Shown here piece after piece: positions 35,904 to 48,400 of a DNA stretch of 64,000 nt. The DNA comes from Laetmonice hystrix (taxonomy: Eukaryota): assembly GCA_965235115.1 (NCBI GenBank), contig OZ249446.1, positions 20,708,001-20,772,000 of the forward strand, given 5' to 3'. How positions within the stretch are numbered: position 1 is the stretch's first letter; every line of letters begins with the position of its first letter. A model generated the notes under the pieces. It worked only from the letters and a program-made list of their open reading frames with translations. It was not told where the DNA came from and made no database searches. The translations under genes and the position numbers were made by a program.

Positions 35904-37061
35904 TGCCCGCCTTGCCTCGAACGATAACCTCTAACTTTGTGGGAATACATGTATTGCCATGATGTAATAGTTCGTGTTTCTCTGACACTCATCGGACTCA
36001 TAATCACAACATACAGGACTTCCTGGTTGGTATTTAAAGAGAGCCTAAAACTATACATTAATTATTTATATAACGATGGGCAAAATAATCTGTTTGAAAA
36101 TCTCCATCCGATATGAACTGATCCTCTTGGTTTTATAGCTCCACGCCACTTCACAACAAGACATTCACAACACTCGTTTTTACATGAATGGGACGCAATC
36201 CATTTCATGTCAGTTAATGCGACTGTAATTATCGTTCTTTAATTCCAAAGCACGATTATATCAAGCGGAATATGTTAGCTCAAGATGTCGCTCAAAGGGC
36301 TGGGTTATTTAAGTTTACCAACACAGTTTACAACAAAGGGAACAACAACATATTATAGTCAATATCTTTATTCTCCTGACCCACTCACATACAGGTGATT
36401 GTAAAACGGTATATATTTCATCTTTGTTTCATATTTTCAATCCATAAGCGTTTATAAGTTGGTATATTCCATGGGAGGCGTGCAGCAAAGCATTATGGGG
36501 ACAACCAGTGGTCTGCGCCGAGCTCGGCGCCTGCGCAGCGCTACTGGTTTGCCGCGCGATGAATTGTATTGACGTGCTCTCGCCTCGTGCTGCGTGGATG
36601 TGCCCAGTGTGTCAGTGCGCGCTTACCAAGTAGCAAATGCCTGGCGACAACACACCCACTGCATCCAAATGCAATGTCAACGGCTGCCGCACGTGCATCT
36701 TCCGACGACACGGTCGAGGCGTCGGTTCCCATACATTGGCAAGACCTTCGATTTTGCCGCATCCAGAAGAGAGTAGGTCTACTTCCACGGAGCGAACGGT
36801 AGACCTTTATCGGCTCCAGTTGTTTTCCTGTAAACCTACATTGGTAGAAACGGTGCCTTCGTACTTCCGCGGAGAAGACCATGTCTACGTGAACGTCTAA
36901 AAGATACACGGTGGAGTCCGAGGCCCCAGTCGCTCCTAACTTTGACTGACTTCAGTGCGTCTGAACTCAAGTGTTGCACCAAACTAAGTCGAAGGGGCTG
37001 GTTTCTATAAGTTGAGAGTGCTTACAGAAGGAGACTATAAATACACACCGTTGGAATTATC

Positions 37062-37131
37062 ATGTCTCCGTCGTGTGTATTAGGACTGTTGACACTTGCT
37101 GCCTGGGCCGCGTCCCTTGTTCAAGCTCAAG
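37062..37131 (+). CDS. Candidate signal-peptide first exon (MSPSCVLGLLTLAAWAASLVQAQ, phase-1 donor)
   Basis: Hydrophobic core and small-residue cleavage region, then AG|GTAAGA; TATAAATA at 37036; downstream exons not resolved. Confidence 0.45.
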
Positions 37132-39362
37132 GTAAGAGGGTCGTTTTCTTCTTCTTCTTCCCCTTCTTCTTCTTTTTAGTGTTGGTATCTGAAGAGTTCT
37201 CCATCGCTGCTACGTTGCAGTTACTGAACACGTGTGTCGCGAGTGCGGTCACTTACAAATGCCGGTCTTGCGTTGTCACGTCAAAGCACGCTCTCTGTCT
37301 GGTAACGGACTGTAACGTTACGTCAAACAACGCCCCCCCCCCCCCAGGACGTTGTCACCACCTGTCGCGCGACGTCACGTTTGTGTCGAGGACATGTCGT
37401 GAAACACAGCCCTACTACATACAGATCAGTGGCCTTCAGCATGCGACCCAATACAAAGAGGTTGCTTAGCCTTAGTGATAATGCCCAACAGTCAACATTT
37501 ACTTTTTCCTTAGCGATCTATCACATGATATGACGTGCAGCTCCAAGGACCTGCGCACCATCAATATTGCAGCGTGTTCTGCCTGAGCAATTGGTTCCCA
37601 CAACAATTGCCGCAACCAATTATGGACTTTGGCAACTGCTTCATATAAGACTGGTATTGGTTGGGTTATTGCGTAAGCTTCTAATTAACGACGAGCGTAA
37701 TTGAATTAGGGAAAGATAACTTCGGTGCAGCTTGCCAACAACGGAGTCTTGGGACCGTGAACTTGGAATTATATTTAATCAAGGAGTCAGACTCCCGTCT
37801 ACGTCAATGAAAGAAATATTGAACGATAATATATTATTTACAGGAGGCTTCTCCCTCGCTTTCCAGTCGTCCCGCTCTATGTATATATACATATATAGAT
37901 GACAATACTCTATCATTTATGCTAAGCATTTCTTGTCGTTTTGGGTCATGTTTCTACTGGTCAGGGACAACGTTTTGATTAGCACCTGATGACACGTTGA
38001 TATATAAGTCAACCAGTAAAGGTATTGGACTAGAATCTGTTGATATACACTCCAGTGGGACTAGGACCCTCGAAGCCACACATTAACCTTGTAGTGCTTT
38101 TAAAAATGAACCCTTTTCCATTCACATGCTCGGTCCGATCGTTTCGGTACAACCAAAAGCGATTCGTTCTAGATGCGCGTGACTGCATTACCAATTGCAT
38201 CACACCTCAATGTAGAACGGCCGACTGACCAGATAAGAAGTACATGCCCATATATACCAGCTTATCTATACTGTGGCGGCACTGCCGGCCGTCGTCAGTA
38301 CCACCACAGGTGCTGGTAGCAGTGAAGCGCACAGTCAGGATCGTAGGGGTGGAGGGGGGGGGGGGGGCTGGAAGTGACGGGGAATGGGGTGGGGGTAACG
38401 GGCCACAGAGGCACAGTCGATGGCAAGAGTAGGCTCGGGGCAAGAGTCATAATGGAAGGCAGATCGAGCCATGAACTATGTACATCTTCAATGTTCAGCT
38501 GCCTGGCGAGCCATCGGAAAGTCAATAGGCGATATCCGCCAAGGCTCTGCCCCAACATTTACGGCTGCGGCGTGTGGCGGGCGGCTGTGGCCTTCTCTCT
38601 AATACCCGACCCTCCCCCCCCCCCCCGCCTCCCCCACTTCGGTTTGATGAGCGGGTCACGTGATTGGCATTTTTCCTTGATATGACTGACGTCTCCAGCG
38701 GGAACCGCAGACGTCATAACATTGAGCTGAGATCATTTCGTGGATCTATACAGCTGCTGAACACTCTCTGTTACTCCAAATCTCCCCTTACACTGAAAAC
38801 GGTTTGCGTTGCATCTTCGATTGCTACGCCCTCGGGGAGAAATAGCTTTTCATTTCATCAAGACAGATTGAAATCTGTGAACAAGGTCTACAACTACATG
38901 TGACTACAAAACAAGGCACTCACCAGTTCTGTTTATATGACTAAATGCATACCAACAAATATACATATTCACCAGTATTTTAAATTATTTATCAGTATTT
39001 TAACGTATTGATCCCTTAAATGAGAAAAAAAAGATATTTATTATATTTTGACAACCAGATGATACAGACCCCTTTAAGGGGGTGGGGGAACGTAAACTCT
39101 AAATGGATTTGTTGACACGGCATATTGCCTAATGTTCTCCATATTGGTGACATTTGTTCCTGACTCACGGAAGGCCCGTAATGTGATATTCGGCGTAGTG
39201 CCATGACAAGTCGTCGCAGATTCTCGACTTGTTTCACGTAGTACGAAGGTGGGGGGGGGGGGGGGGTACAGTTATAGTTTTATAATCAATCCACACTTGA
39301 ACTCATACAGTTATAATGGACGATAGAAGGATTGTGACGTCATCACATCAAGGCTTTTGTAC

Positions 39363-40405
39363 ACTAGTAACTGCAGTACCATGGTCTGGAGAAGTGTTCA
39401 TGGGACATACTAGTAACTGCAGTACCATGGTCTGGAGAAGTGTTCATAGAACATACTAGTAACTGCAGCACCATGGTCTGGAGAAGTATTCATAGAACAT
39501 ACTAGTAACTGCAGTACCATGGTCTGGAGAAGTGTTCATAGAACATACTAGTAACTGCAGTACCATGGTCTGGGGAAGTGTTCATGGAACATACTAGTAA
39601 CTGCAGTACCATGGTCTGGAGAAGTGTTCATAGAACATACTAGTAACTGCAGCACCATGGTCTGGAGAAGTATTCATAGAACATACTAGTAACTGCAGTA
39701 CCATGGTCTGGAGAAGTGTTCATAGAACATACTAGTAACTGCAGCACCATGGTCTGGAGAAGTGTTCATGGAACATACTAGTAACTGCAGTACCATGGCC
39801 TGGAGAAGTATTCATAGAACATACTAGTAACTGCAGTACCATGGTCTGGGGAAGTGTTCATAGAACATACTAGTAACTGCAGTACCGTGGTCTGGGGAAG
39901 TGTTCATGGAACATACTAGTAACTGCAGTACCGTGGTCTGGGGAAGTGTTCATAGAACATACTAGTAACTGCAGTACCATGGTCTGGAGAAGTGTTCATG
40001 GAACATACTAGTAACTGCAGTACCATGGTCTGGGGAAGTGTTCATGGAACATACTAGTAACTGCAGCACCATGGTCTGGAGAAGTGTTCATGGAACATAC
40101 TAGTAACTGCAGTACCATGGTCTGGGGAAGTGTTCATGGGACATACTAGTAACTGCAGTACCATGGTCTGGAGAAGTATTCATAGAACATACTAGTAACT
40201 GCAGTACCATGGTCTGGAGAAGTATTCATAGAACATACTAGTAACTGCAGTACCATGGTCTGGAGAAGTGTTCATGGGACATACTAGTAACTGCAGTACC
40301 ATGGTCTGGACAAGTGTTCATAGGACATACTACTAACTGCAGTACCATGGTCTGGAGAAGTGTTCATGGGACATACTAGTAACTGCAGTACCATGGTCTG
40401 GAGAA
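39363..40405. repeat. Minisatellite, 46-bp unit, ~22.5 copies
   Basis: Unit ACTAGTAACTGCAGTACCATGGTCTGGAGAAGTGTTCATAGAACAT. Confidence 0.96.
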
Positions 40406-41849
40406 ATGATCTGTCGTGTTTATTTATAGAATCATCTGCGTGGCATAGATAACTTTCGACCATTCCAATACTATTCCTGTTTCTCACCCTGAGTATGTGT
40501 GAATGGTGATGTAAAAGCATCCTTGCCATTTTTTCGAAAAGAGGACATTGCCTACCGTTGGCGGGTTTCTTTCTCACTTTCTCCTCGTCCTATTCCTCCT
40601 CGTCCCCGTCCTCGCCCTCGTCCTCCTCCTTCTCCTTCTCCATAACCAAATGTCAAATCACAAAAGAATGTTTACAGCGTTATGTTTTCATATATGCCGC
40701 ACTATGTTATAAAAACCATTGTTTCTTTTCTGTTTGTTGCGCTGGCAAAAGCTCGTCTAAAACTGAATTTGTGTGCGCGTCAATGAATCAGATGCGTTCT
40801 TGTGAACATACGAATGGACGAGCTTGGCTGAATTTAACTGATGGTGATCACATCAAATTCGTACCGATCTGGTGAACGTAGACAAAGACAACCAGGGTTA
40901 TATACATTGTACTAAACATTTAGTTCTGTTTACATTCACCAAGTCGGACTAAATTAAGCCAATGCCCATAAACATGAATACTATTTGAATGCAAGATTGA
41001 AAACATTTCGTCAAATTGAAAGGGTCCGCAAACTTAAAGGACAAATGACACGGAGTGAAGACAAAGTTGGGCCCTTTGTTTGAGGATGGTTTGCGTAATG
41101 ACACACATGACGTGTGAGAACCGTGATTGAGTCCCGAGTTTGTAATTTGACCAAAATAATGAGCCAAACAGTGGGGGTTGATTGCGATATCCCTCACCCC
41201 TCAACAGGACCCGCTGGCAGTGTTAGTGCCACGCTACCCTGCTGATCGGCCGGCTCCCGCCATTGTGGTATAAAAGAACGTACAACCCTCCTAATGGCCA
41301 CAGACCCAGGCGGCATCTCGTGAAATCAAAGCTCAGAGTCTCTTTCCCGGCTCGTCGCTGCCCTATAATGATGTCAGAGGGCCAAATCAAGCTCCGACGG
41401 CGGACTTCTTTAAGGGCTCCAGTTAAAGGCTTAGTGCGTCGCGTGCACTCCTGTGAACGGGCGGGCTCAACATGATGCTTTTAGAGGACGATTTATGGAG
41501 ACATGGAACCTCCCAGGTGAAGGCTGGTTTGATCCGTTACATCAGCCACTCTCTGCCCCCCTCCTCCTCCCGTCTCCTCCCCCTTCTCCTCATCCTTACA
41601 GGGCGTCAGACTTGATGGATCCCCGCCGCTGATGAGAAGATCAAGCAAGGCGAATGTTCGTCTCTGCCATTACGGGTGAGCGGCGGCGGAGGGCTGGTAG
41701 GGCCCATGTGCAGCAGAGGAAGCGTACTTGTAAACATTACCTACGCTACCGACCCCTCCACTTTGTACGACGCCTCCAGACAGCGACGCAGGAGACGGGC
41801 CCCTTTGATCAAGATAAGAGAGGACGAAACTTTGCTGTAATTGTTTACT

Positions 41850-41975
41850 TTCCGGAAAACATGGCGGCTGGTTTCGGTGAGCGACTGTCAACATGCGAGT
41901 TAGAGCGGACGACGCGACGTCAAAGGCGCCGCGAGCGTCTTTTGACGTGTGACGTCAGAGATCACGTGACGACAT
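41850..41975. promoter_or_regulatory. Promoter-like cluster (ETS, YY1, CRE, E-box) with possible first exon MAAGF|gtgagc
   Basis: TTCCGG 41850, AACATGGCGGC 41858, TGACGTCA 41950-41957, ATCACGTGAC 41961-41970; ATG 41861, donor 41877. Confidence 0.4.
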
Positions 41976-42166
41976 TTGACGGGAGTTGACACTAACATGC
42001 TGTGCTCGTTTCCGACTGTCAGCGTATAATATATACTTACGATAAGTCTATTGATATGGATATATTGCGGCTGTTTGAAGTCGACCAGGCTAATTTGTTA
42101 TAATGACACATAGCGCATAAGTCTACATGTAGGCCTACACATGGGCTACATGTATAGGTAGGCCTA

Positions 42167-42412
42167 GCAGTGCTGCCGACTGCTTTACCAAACGTCGGCC
42201 GTTTCACGATACGTCTATGTGGAGGTGCACGTTAAAGATTCCGTGGTATCTAACGGGAAGAGTATGGGGTTGCCCCGGTGTACGGGTTTCTTCCTATCAT
42301 CTCATCATTATCACACAATGGATTTCACGCATTGAGTTAGTTACCTTGTTCTTGCCCTGTTAGAGCTGAAATACTGTGACTGGGCGTTAAACACAGAATA
42401 CCATGGGGGAAG
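42167..42412 (+). mobile_element. 3' half of a SINE
   Basis: GAGGTGCACGTTAAAGA core and GCTGAAATACTG...GGCGTTAAAC tail resemble invertebrate SINE tails as I recall them; not database-checked. Confidence 0.5.
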
Positions 42413-45400
42413 TCTGGTGGTATCTATATAGAGAATTGGGGGGGGGGAGGGGGAGGGAGGTACACGACTGCCCCGTACCCCCAATCTGTACCCCCACCCG
42501 GGTCCCCACCCCCACTCCTGAACCGTGTGAGATGTAGGGCTAAGTGTTACGGACGCGTGGGTGTCACATATATAGCCAGTCTTTGAATTATATATTTTTC
42601 TAATCGTCGAGTTTTAATATTTAATCAATATATTGATTTCATTCTGGGCACTCATATCATGTCTTTTGTCGCAGCCATTTGATCTTGGTTGACGTTTACA
42701 GTGCTCAGAACCTTTGCTAGCACGATGTATAAGAAAAGAGTATAAAGAACAAAAAAAGGGCAGAGGCTGAAAAAAATCCGCGCAGAATTAGAACCCGCCA
42801 TTCCAGGCAGTCCGCTCTGAGTAGTATATAAAAGGTAACCTATTTATCAGGCGACCGCGTCGAACGAAGACTCCATTGCAACAGTTAATGTGTTTAGACT
42901 GCAAACAATTGTAAATTGTATTTCCTTTTCATAATCTTGCTGTAAATTGGTACTACACACGTCTTTTTTAGACCTGTTGGTATTTTTGCATCACATATTT
43001 TTTACCTGCAGGCGTAGCAGTAATGAGCTCTAATTAATCATCGAACTAAGCCTCTAATTGAGTTTGCCTCTAAAATACGCCCAGCAGGGGCGGATCCTTA
43101 ACGGTGGTCTAAGCAGGCACTTGGGTGATCCCTTGCAATGGAGAAAAATGAGCAGGGGAGGAGGAGAAGTCACTCATGCTCTCCGCAATTTTGTTAGGGG
43201 GCCTAGGGGGCGCCCCCCCCCCCCCCCACACGCCAGCCCTGTAACCTAGCAATTACAAACTGCGTTGGCTCATGAGACCAAAGAACAGCTCCATACTGAG
43301 TAAAGTGACGGTGACATCAGAGGAGCTTATTCACAATCGCGAGACCCTCAGGGCTAACCTGGTTCTTCCTTCTGAACTGTTAGTTATCGTTCCGAGACTA
43401 TAGCTGTATCTCTGCCAAAAGCCGAGTGGTTGGTTAATGTATAGGCCTTGGCAGAGGTGGCCACAAATCTCTTGCTTCTCCAGGGTGCTGTTGAACCAGG
43501 GGAAAAAGATATGTCTTATGTAAGTAAAGAGCTATGAAGTAACATAAGAGGGTCGCCCTTCCTCCCCTCTCCCCTTGTGATGTTAGCCAAACAAAGGTAT
43601 AATAACAAAAATAGCGGCAGGGCGTGGCTTGCCCCTATCTCCCAGCCTCAGGCTATACAATTATGTTTCGTTCGGTGTCATGGCCAGATAGACATAATAT
43701 ACGGAGCGCAGTTAAAATCCAATATGGGCCTAAAGATGCCGGAATCCCCTGTGGTGTATCTCAAAGGATCCTTTGAGGGGGCCAAGGTAACCATGAGAGG
43801 AGGAGGGAGAGAGTGATGAAGACAGTTGGGTAATGGCACTGTGATTTCTGGGCAGTGGCAGGACGCAATATCAATGATTGGATAAAATTACAAAGTACAT
43901 TGGGCCGCCAGCGCCCTGTAATGCCACCATTAGAGATCCTATCAATCCTCCCACTAACATCAAGGTGCTTTAAGGGGTCCCCGGTTAGCAGGTAGAGTAA
44001 GACAAATTAACTTTGTTATTAGCTTCTTGTAATGACCATAATTAGTCCGCTTCGAGTCGAGCCAAGATTGGCCCGGCTGTCCTTATGTGTTAAATAATAG
44101 CAACAATTAGTCTCGATGGGCGGGCTTAACGTGTAAGGGAAAAAGGGGGTGGCCCTAAGTGCCATGGCCGCGTCTTACTAAGATCCATCGGCCAATCCAT
44201 CCGTTCTACCTGATCGTTGATGATGCATGACAAGACCATGGCTAGATGAACATGCCTGTTTTATTGATGTAGGCCACCTCCTGTAGTGCCACACACTGGT
44301 TTAGATAGTAGAGGCTGGTTGACGCTTTAAACCAGCCAGTCCAAACCCGGCTCAACTTGGGCCAGATCTTACGGCGTTATCTTTCTCTTAGCCATATTGT
44401 ATCTTTATTGCGCAAGTCGCAAGGGCGTAGAGTGGCGCGCCCCCTCTGGGAGGTTGCAGACAATAAATTCCATAGGATAACATAGGACGTGACAAATCCC
44501 AGGAACGACCTCGAATGGACGCTAGACCTTGCCGCCAAATGCTCCCTTATTGCCTCCTGTCCGGCCGATTCGACATAGATTTATGCGATTGCGTTATGCG
44601 TTATGGCTAATAGATTTATTGTAATAAAAACAATTAGATGTCCTTCTGAAGTTGGTTGGTCGGCTGCCCCCGGCGGACATTCATCATTGCGGCTCGGCGT
44701 CGCTAGAACGGGACCCGCATGATTTGTTTAGCGCTTGGGAGCAAACTGGATTAGGAATCCGAGCAAAGAGCGCGGCCGACGGTCGGGCTAGCCAATCAGG
44801 GCAGGAGTGGCCAGACTGGACACAGACAGCTGTCTAACTCGGCACGGGCCAAGCCGGCCCGAACCCAGCCGGCCCGGACCGATCCCAGCCGGGGGGAACG
44901 GATAACAAAACGCAGATAATCGACACAGTCGATTCCTTGTCACAATCCCTGTGTACATATGTCTCTATTTCAAACTCCCCAACCGTGAATATATATTCTT
45001 TTGTTTTTCCAATTTCGCTGACAAGCGGGTGTTAATATTTACTTAGACAGCAGCGCTCATGGGACGCCCACAGGGTGCGGGAGACTTTTCAGTTGATGTG
45101 TTTGGGAGGAGGGAGGAGAGAGGGTGGTTATATATCACATAATTTCACTATCATATGCTGACTACATATAGCACGGTGGCACTTTGCATGTCTTGGAGCA
45201 ATCATACACTGTGTACATTCGCCCCTTAAGGGATGACTCCGTGTCGCGTGTTCCAACAGTGAGGGGATTCTCATGACGGATAGCCTTCTAAACTACACGC
45301 ATGTGTCACAATATTTGCCTCCTTAACCATATCGGAGCGGTTCCTCGACCAGGGTATAAATCACTGGGCCCCGCCTGAGGCCAGCCACTCAGGCCAACAC

Positions 45401-48400
45401 GTCCCTTCCCCCCTGAAACCCGCCAGGCCATCGCTTCGTTCAACAAATACGTGCTGTGAAAACGGCACGTGCTGTTGATTCAGATTCGTTTCAAAAATAA
45501 CTGTCATATATGTCCACCCTCCCAATGGACACAAGTTATCAAAACTCAAAACGTACGAGTCTGATGCAATTGATTATCGGAAAGGAAACCTAATTTTACT
45601 GCAAAGGAAATCCGCTTAATGCGGTATTTGGGATGGGCACGTACCGCGCCCGGCCAAAATGCGCCACAATTTGCACAACGTCATATTCTTTGATGTCGGC
45701 TAATGTCGGGTCGGCAACCGGCCACTTGAATGATGATAGTCCATTTGGCCATTTTGCTAGCGAGCAATCATTGGATCGATGGTGATTGTCAGTTGGCTGC
45801 CAACGGCTGAGCGGCTGCATAGACGTTACAGGAGTCAGCGACCGTGGATACGATTGGCTGTGTGGGAACTCTGGCGGCACAGATTAAAGCGCTGGTCTCG
45901 GGGACCTCTCGGCCGGGAGAGCAAGAGCCGGAAAGGCGGCGAGACGGCCCGGCCCGACCTACCGACCTGCCACCGCGGCCTGCAACCACACCGACCTGCA
46001 ACCGCCCCTACACCACTGACCTCAATGAGCGCCGATGCGTGCTCATGCGAGGCACTGATAAAACAACGTCGCTCAGTTGTAGAATGATATCGATAAGATT
46101 AATGGTAGACCAATTGGAACAAAGTGGTCCTCTCTACCTTGGAGACCATACACGACTACCAACCAATCAACATACATGGAATTTTAAACAGGTGCACGCG
46201 ACATCAAAAACAGACTGCGTTGCCATTTTACAGATCTGACGTCACAAACATCTGTACAGTCTCTATTGACTTTGACTGATGACAAAAGACAAAAGCAATT
46301 CTGTCACCGGCTCCTTGGACTCTAGAAAAAAAACATGCAGTGATCTTCCCGTCGAACGGATTTCATTCTTTTGTTTCACTTGATGTTTGATTCTAGTAAA
46401 ATAACGCATGGATCTAATAATTACACGTTCTATCCTGTCGGTACCCTTAAATCCACATTGTTCCTCGCCGGCGGGCATGGATTTGACAGAATAGGTGATC
46501 CACATAGTGGGGGGGGGGGGGGGGGGACAGCAAATGTGATGACATGAAAACAATGCCAGAAATAGTCAACCCTGTTTCTGTACCATAAAATTCTGGCATG
46601 TTTACCAATGCTCCCTACCATCCCTGCGACAAGGAAAGCACCTCGAGGTAAATTGAATTTGATTCCTTCCCGCCCCCTTCAGCTTAGCGTCATTTCCCGG
46701 TATCTGCCCCTTTTTCCAGAGAACACAGAACGCACCACCGCAGGCAGTCTGGGACAAATCCCGTTTGATCGAACTTCATAATATAAAACGATCAGCTTAT
46801 GTACGGTTATGTTTTTGTGGGTTATTTTTGTTTTTTTGCCTGACTCATCAAGCATTTTGCTATCTCAGGATGATCACATTGCATAGCGGGAATCACCTGA
46901 CCCGCTGCAAAACATTTAAAGAAAGTCAAGTTATAAAAACACCCCCCCCCCCCCCAAATAGTGGGGAACAAGTAAGCGGCATTATATGATGAGCTGATAT
47001 TGAAACGAAAGAAGGGTGGAATTACAGGTCAGGTTTTGGCTTATCGTCCATGGATACGTCTGATGTATATTGACAGGTTATCGGGAGGAGACTGAGTGTA
47101 GCTCATCTCGGAGTTGGAGATCTATACGTCTTCAATCGTTATCAAAGGACGTCCTGCCCCTACTGTTTCCACACGGGAGAGTCATGCGTGAAGAAGTGTC
47201 CTTGATGACAACTCCTGCTTCAAACGTCCGACTGAAATTGTCCCCTGTCTGCACATTTCGGGCCCACATGCACCTTTTAACCCAGCCTTTTTGTCGTCAA
47301 ATTGGCCAGAAAAAAGGATCCCAATTGGCTCAATTGCGCATGACCGGATGTTGGCGTCAGTGGCAACGGTCAAAGGTATATGAATCCACCGGGGTAAACG
47401 TACTAAGTTTTAGCATTTCTGTAGTCCTTCTGGAACCTTCTTTCCTTTAAAATCACCACGTATCGACAGGCCAGAGAAAGAGATCGTTTAAGTGCAGCGC
47501 CTTTGGTCTCTGCTAGAAGGTAATAACACAAGCCCGTAGGACGTTAGCATCAACTGGCCTCGGTTTCGCTGACTGCTTCGCGGAGACGGATGCGACGCCA
47601 TTTGCTCATTTTAGTCCATTTTCTACATGGGCGACCAGCAAATCAGTTCCGATTGTTCGACGGCATGGAAACTTTGCCGTGGCCATCAGTAGCGCGACTA
47701 CCAAGGTCCTGTCAAAATGTGACGGAATATTACGAGGTGACTCCATCTAACGTTCTCCTGCGGAAACGGGGAAATTGTAGAGCTTGCGTCCAGCGACACT
47801 CGGGTATAAATGGACTCGGCTACCAACCTCTGTGGTGGCCCCATTAAAGGTCGATACCAGTCTCTGCACTTCAAGTATGTCAAACTTTTATCAAGTGGCC
47901 AAAATCTGCTCGGCAAAAGGTGCGTTCATCTTTAACTCTTACATCAAAAACGCCTCACTGACTACCGTTTCTATTTTATTAGCACGTTTTACAGTCGTCT
48001 GAACAACAGCTTTCGCTGTTCAGGATCCATTTCCTCAGAGGTGCAAACAGCAATCTCTGATGTGAAACTGTTAGAAGTAGTCATCTTTCCCTGGAATTAT
48101 CTTGACTCTCGTAAATAAAAGGTTAACTGAGTGCAACATCAAACATCTGCTATTGGATACACTCTTCATATTTGACATGAAAACAAAACACAATCAATGG
48201 TGCCTAATCCAACATGTACTGACAAAAGGTTTCGCACACCAAAGCGAATTGCATCTCAAATTATTCAACACTGGATAAATAGAAAAAATAGAAACAACCT
48301 GTCGCTATCGCAAATATTGAAACAAGCCGAAGCGATATTCTCAGATTGAATGCGTTCCTGTCGCTGGTCAATACTGGCAGATCGGCCCTAACGATACCAA

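Noticed and set aside
38260-38345. Fibronectin type II-like GGTDDGRQC on the minus strand
   Set aside because: Lacks the following FPF and the remaining cysteines, and there are no supporting splice sites.
39363-40405. CRISPR-like array
   Set aside because: Units are contiguous with no unique spacers, there are no cas genes, and the context is eukaryotic; the same applies to all other arrays in the window.
41472-42100. Selenoprotein, or antizyme-type +1 frameshift gene
   Set aside because: No SECIS-like helix with non-Watson-Crick quartet and AA loop that I could fold downstream, and no TCC-TGA shift site or antizyme ORF2 motifs; kept only as a low-interest finding.
47700-47860. THAP-domain remnant (GRKLYNFP...ER) on the minus strand, and a THAP-like start at 36637
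   Set aside because: The required C2CH residues and conserved Trp/Pro spacing are missing in both.
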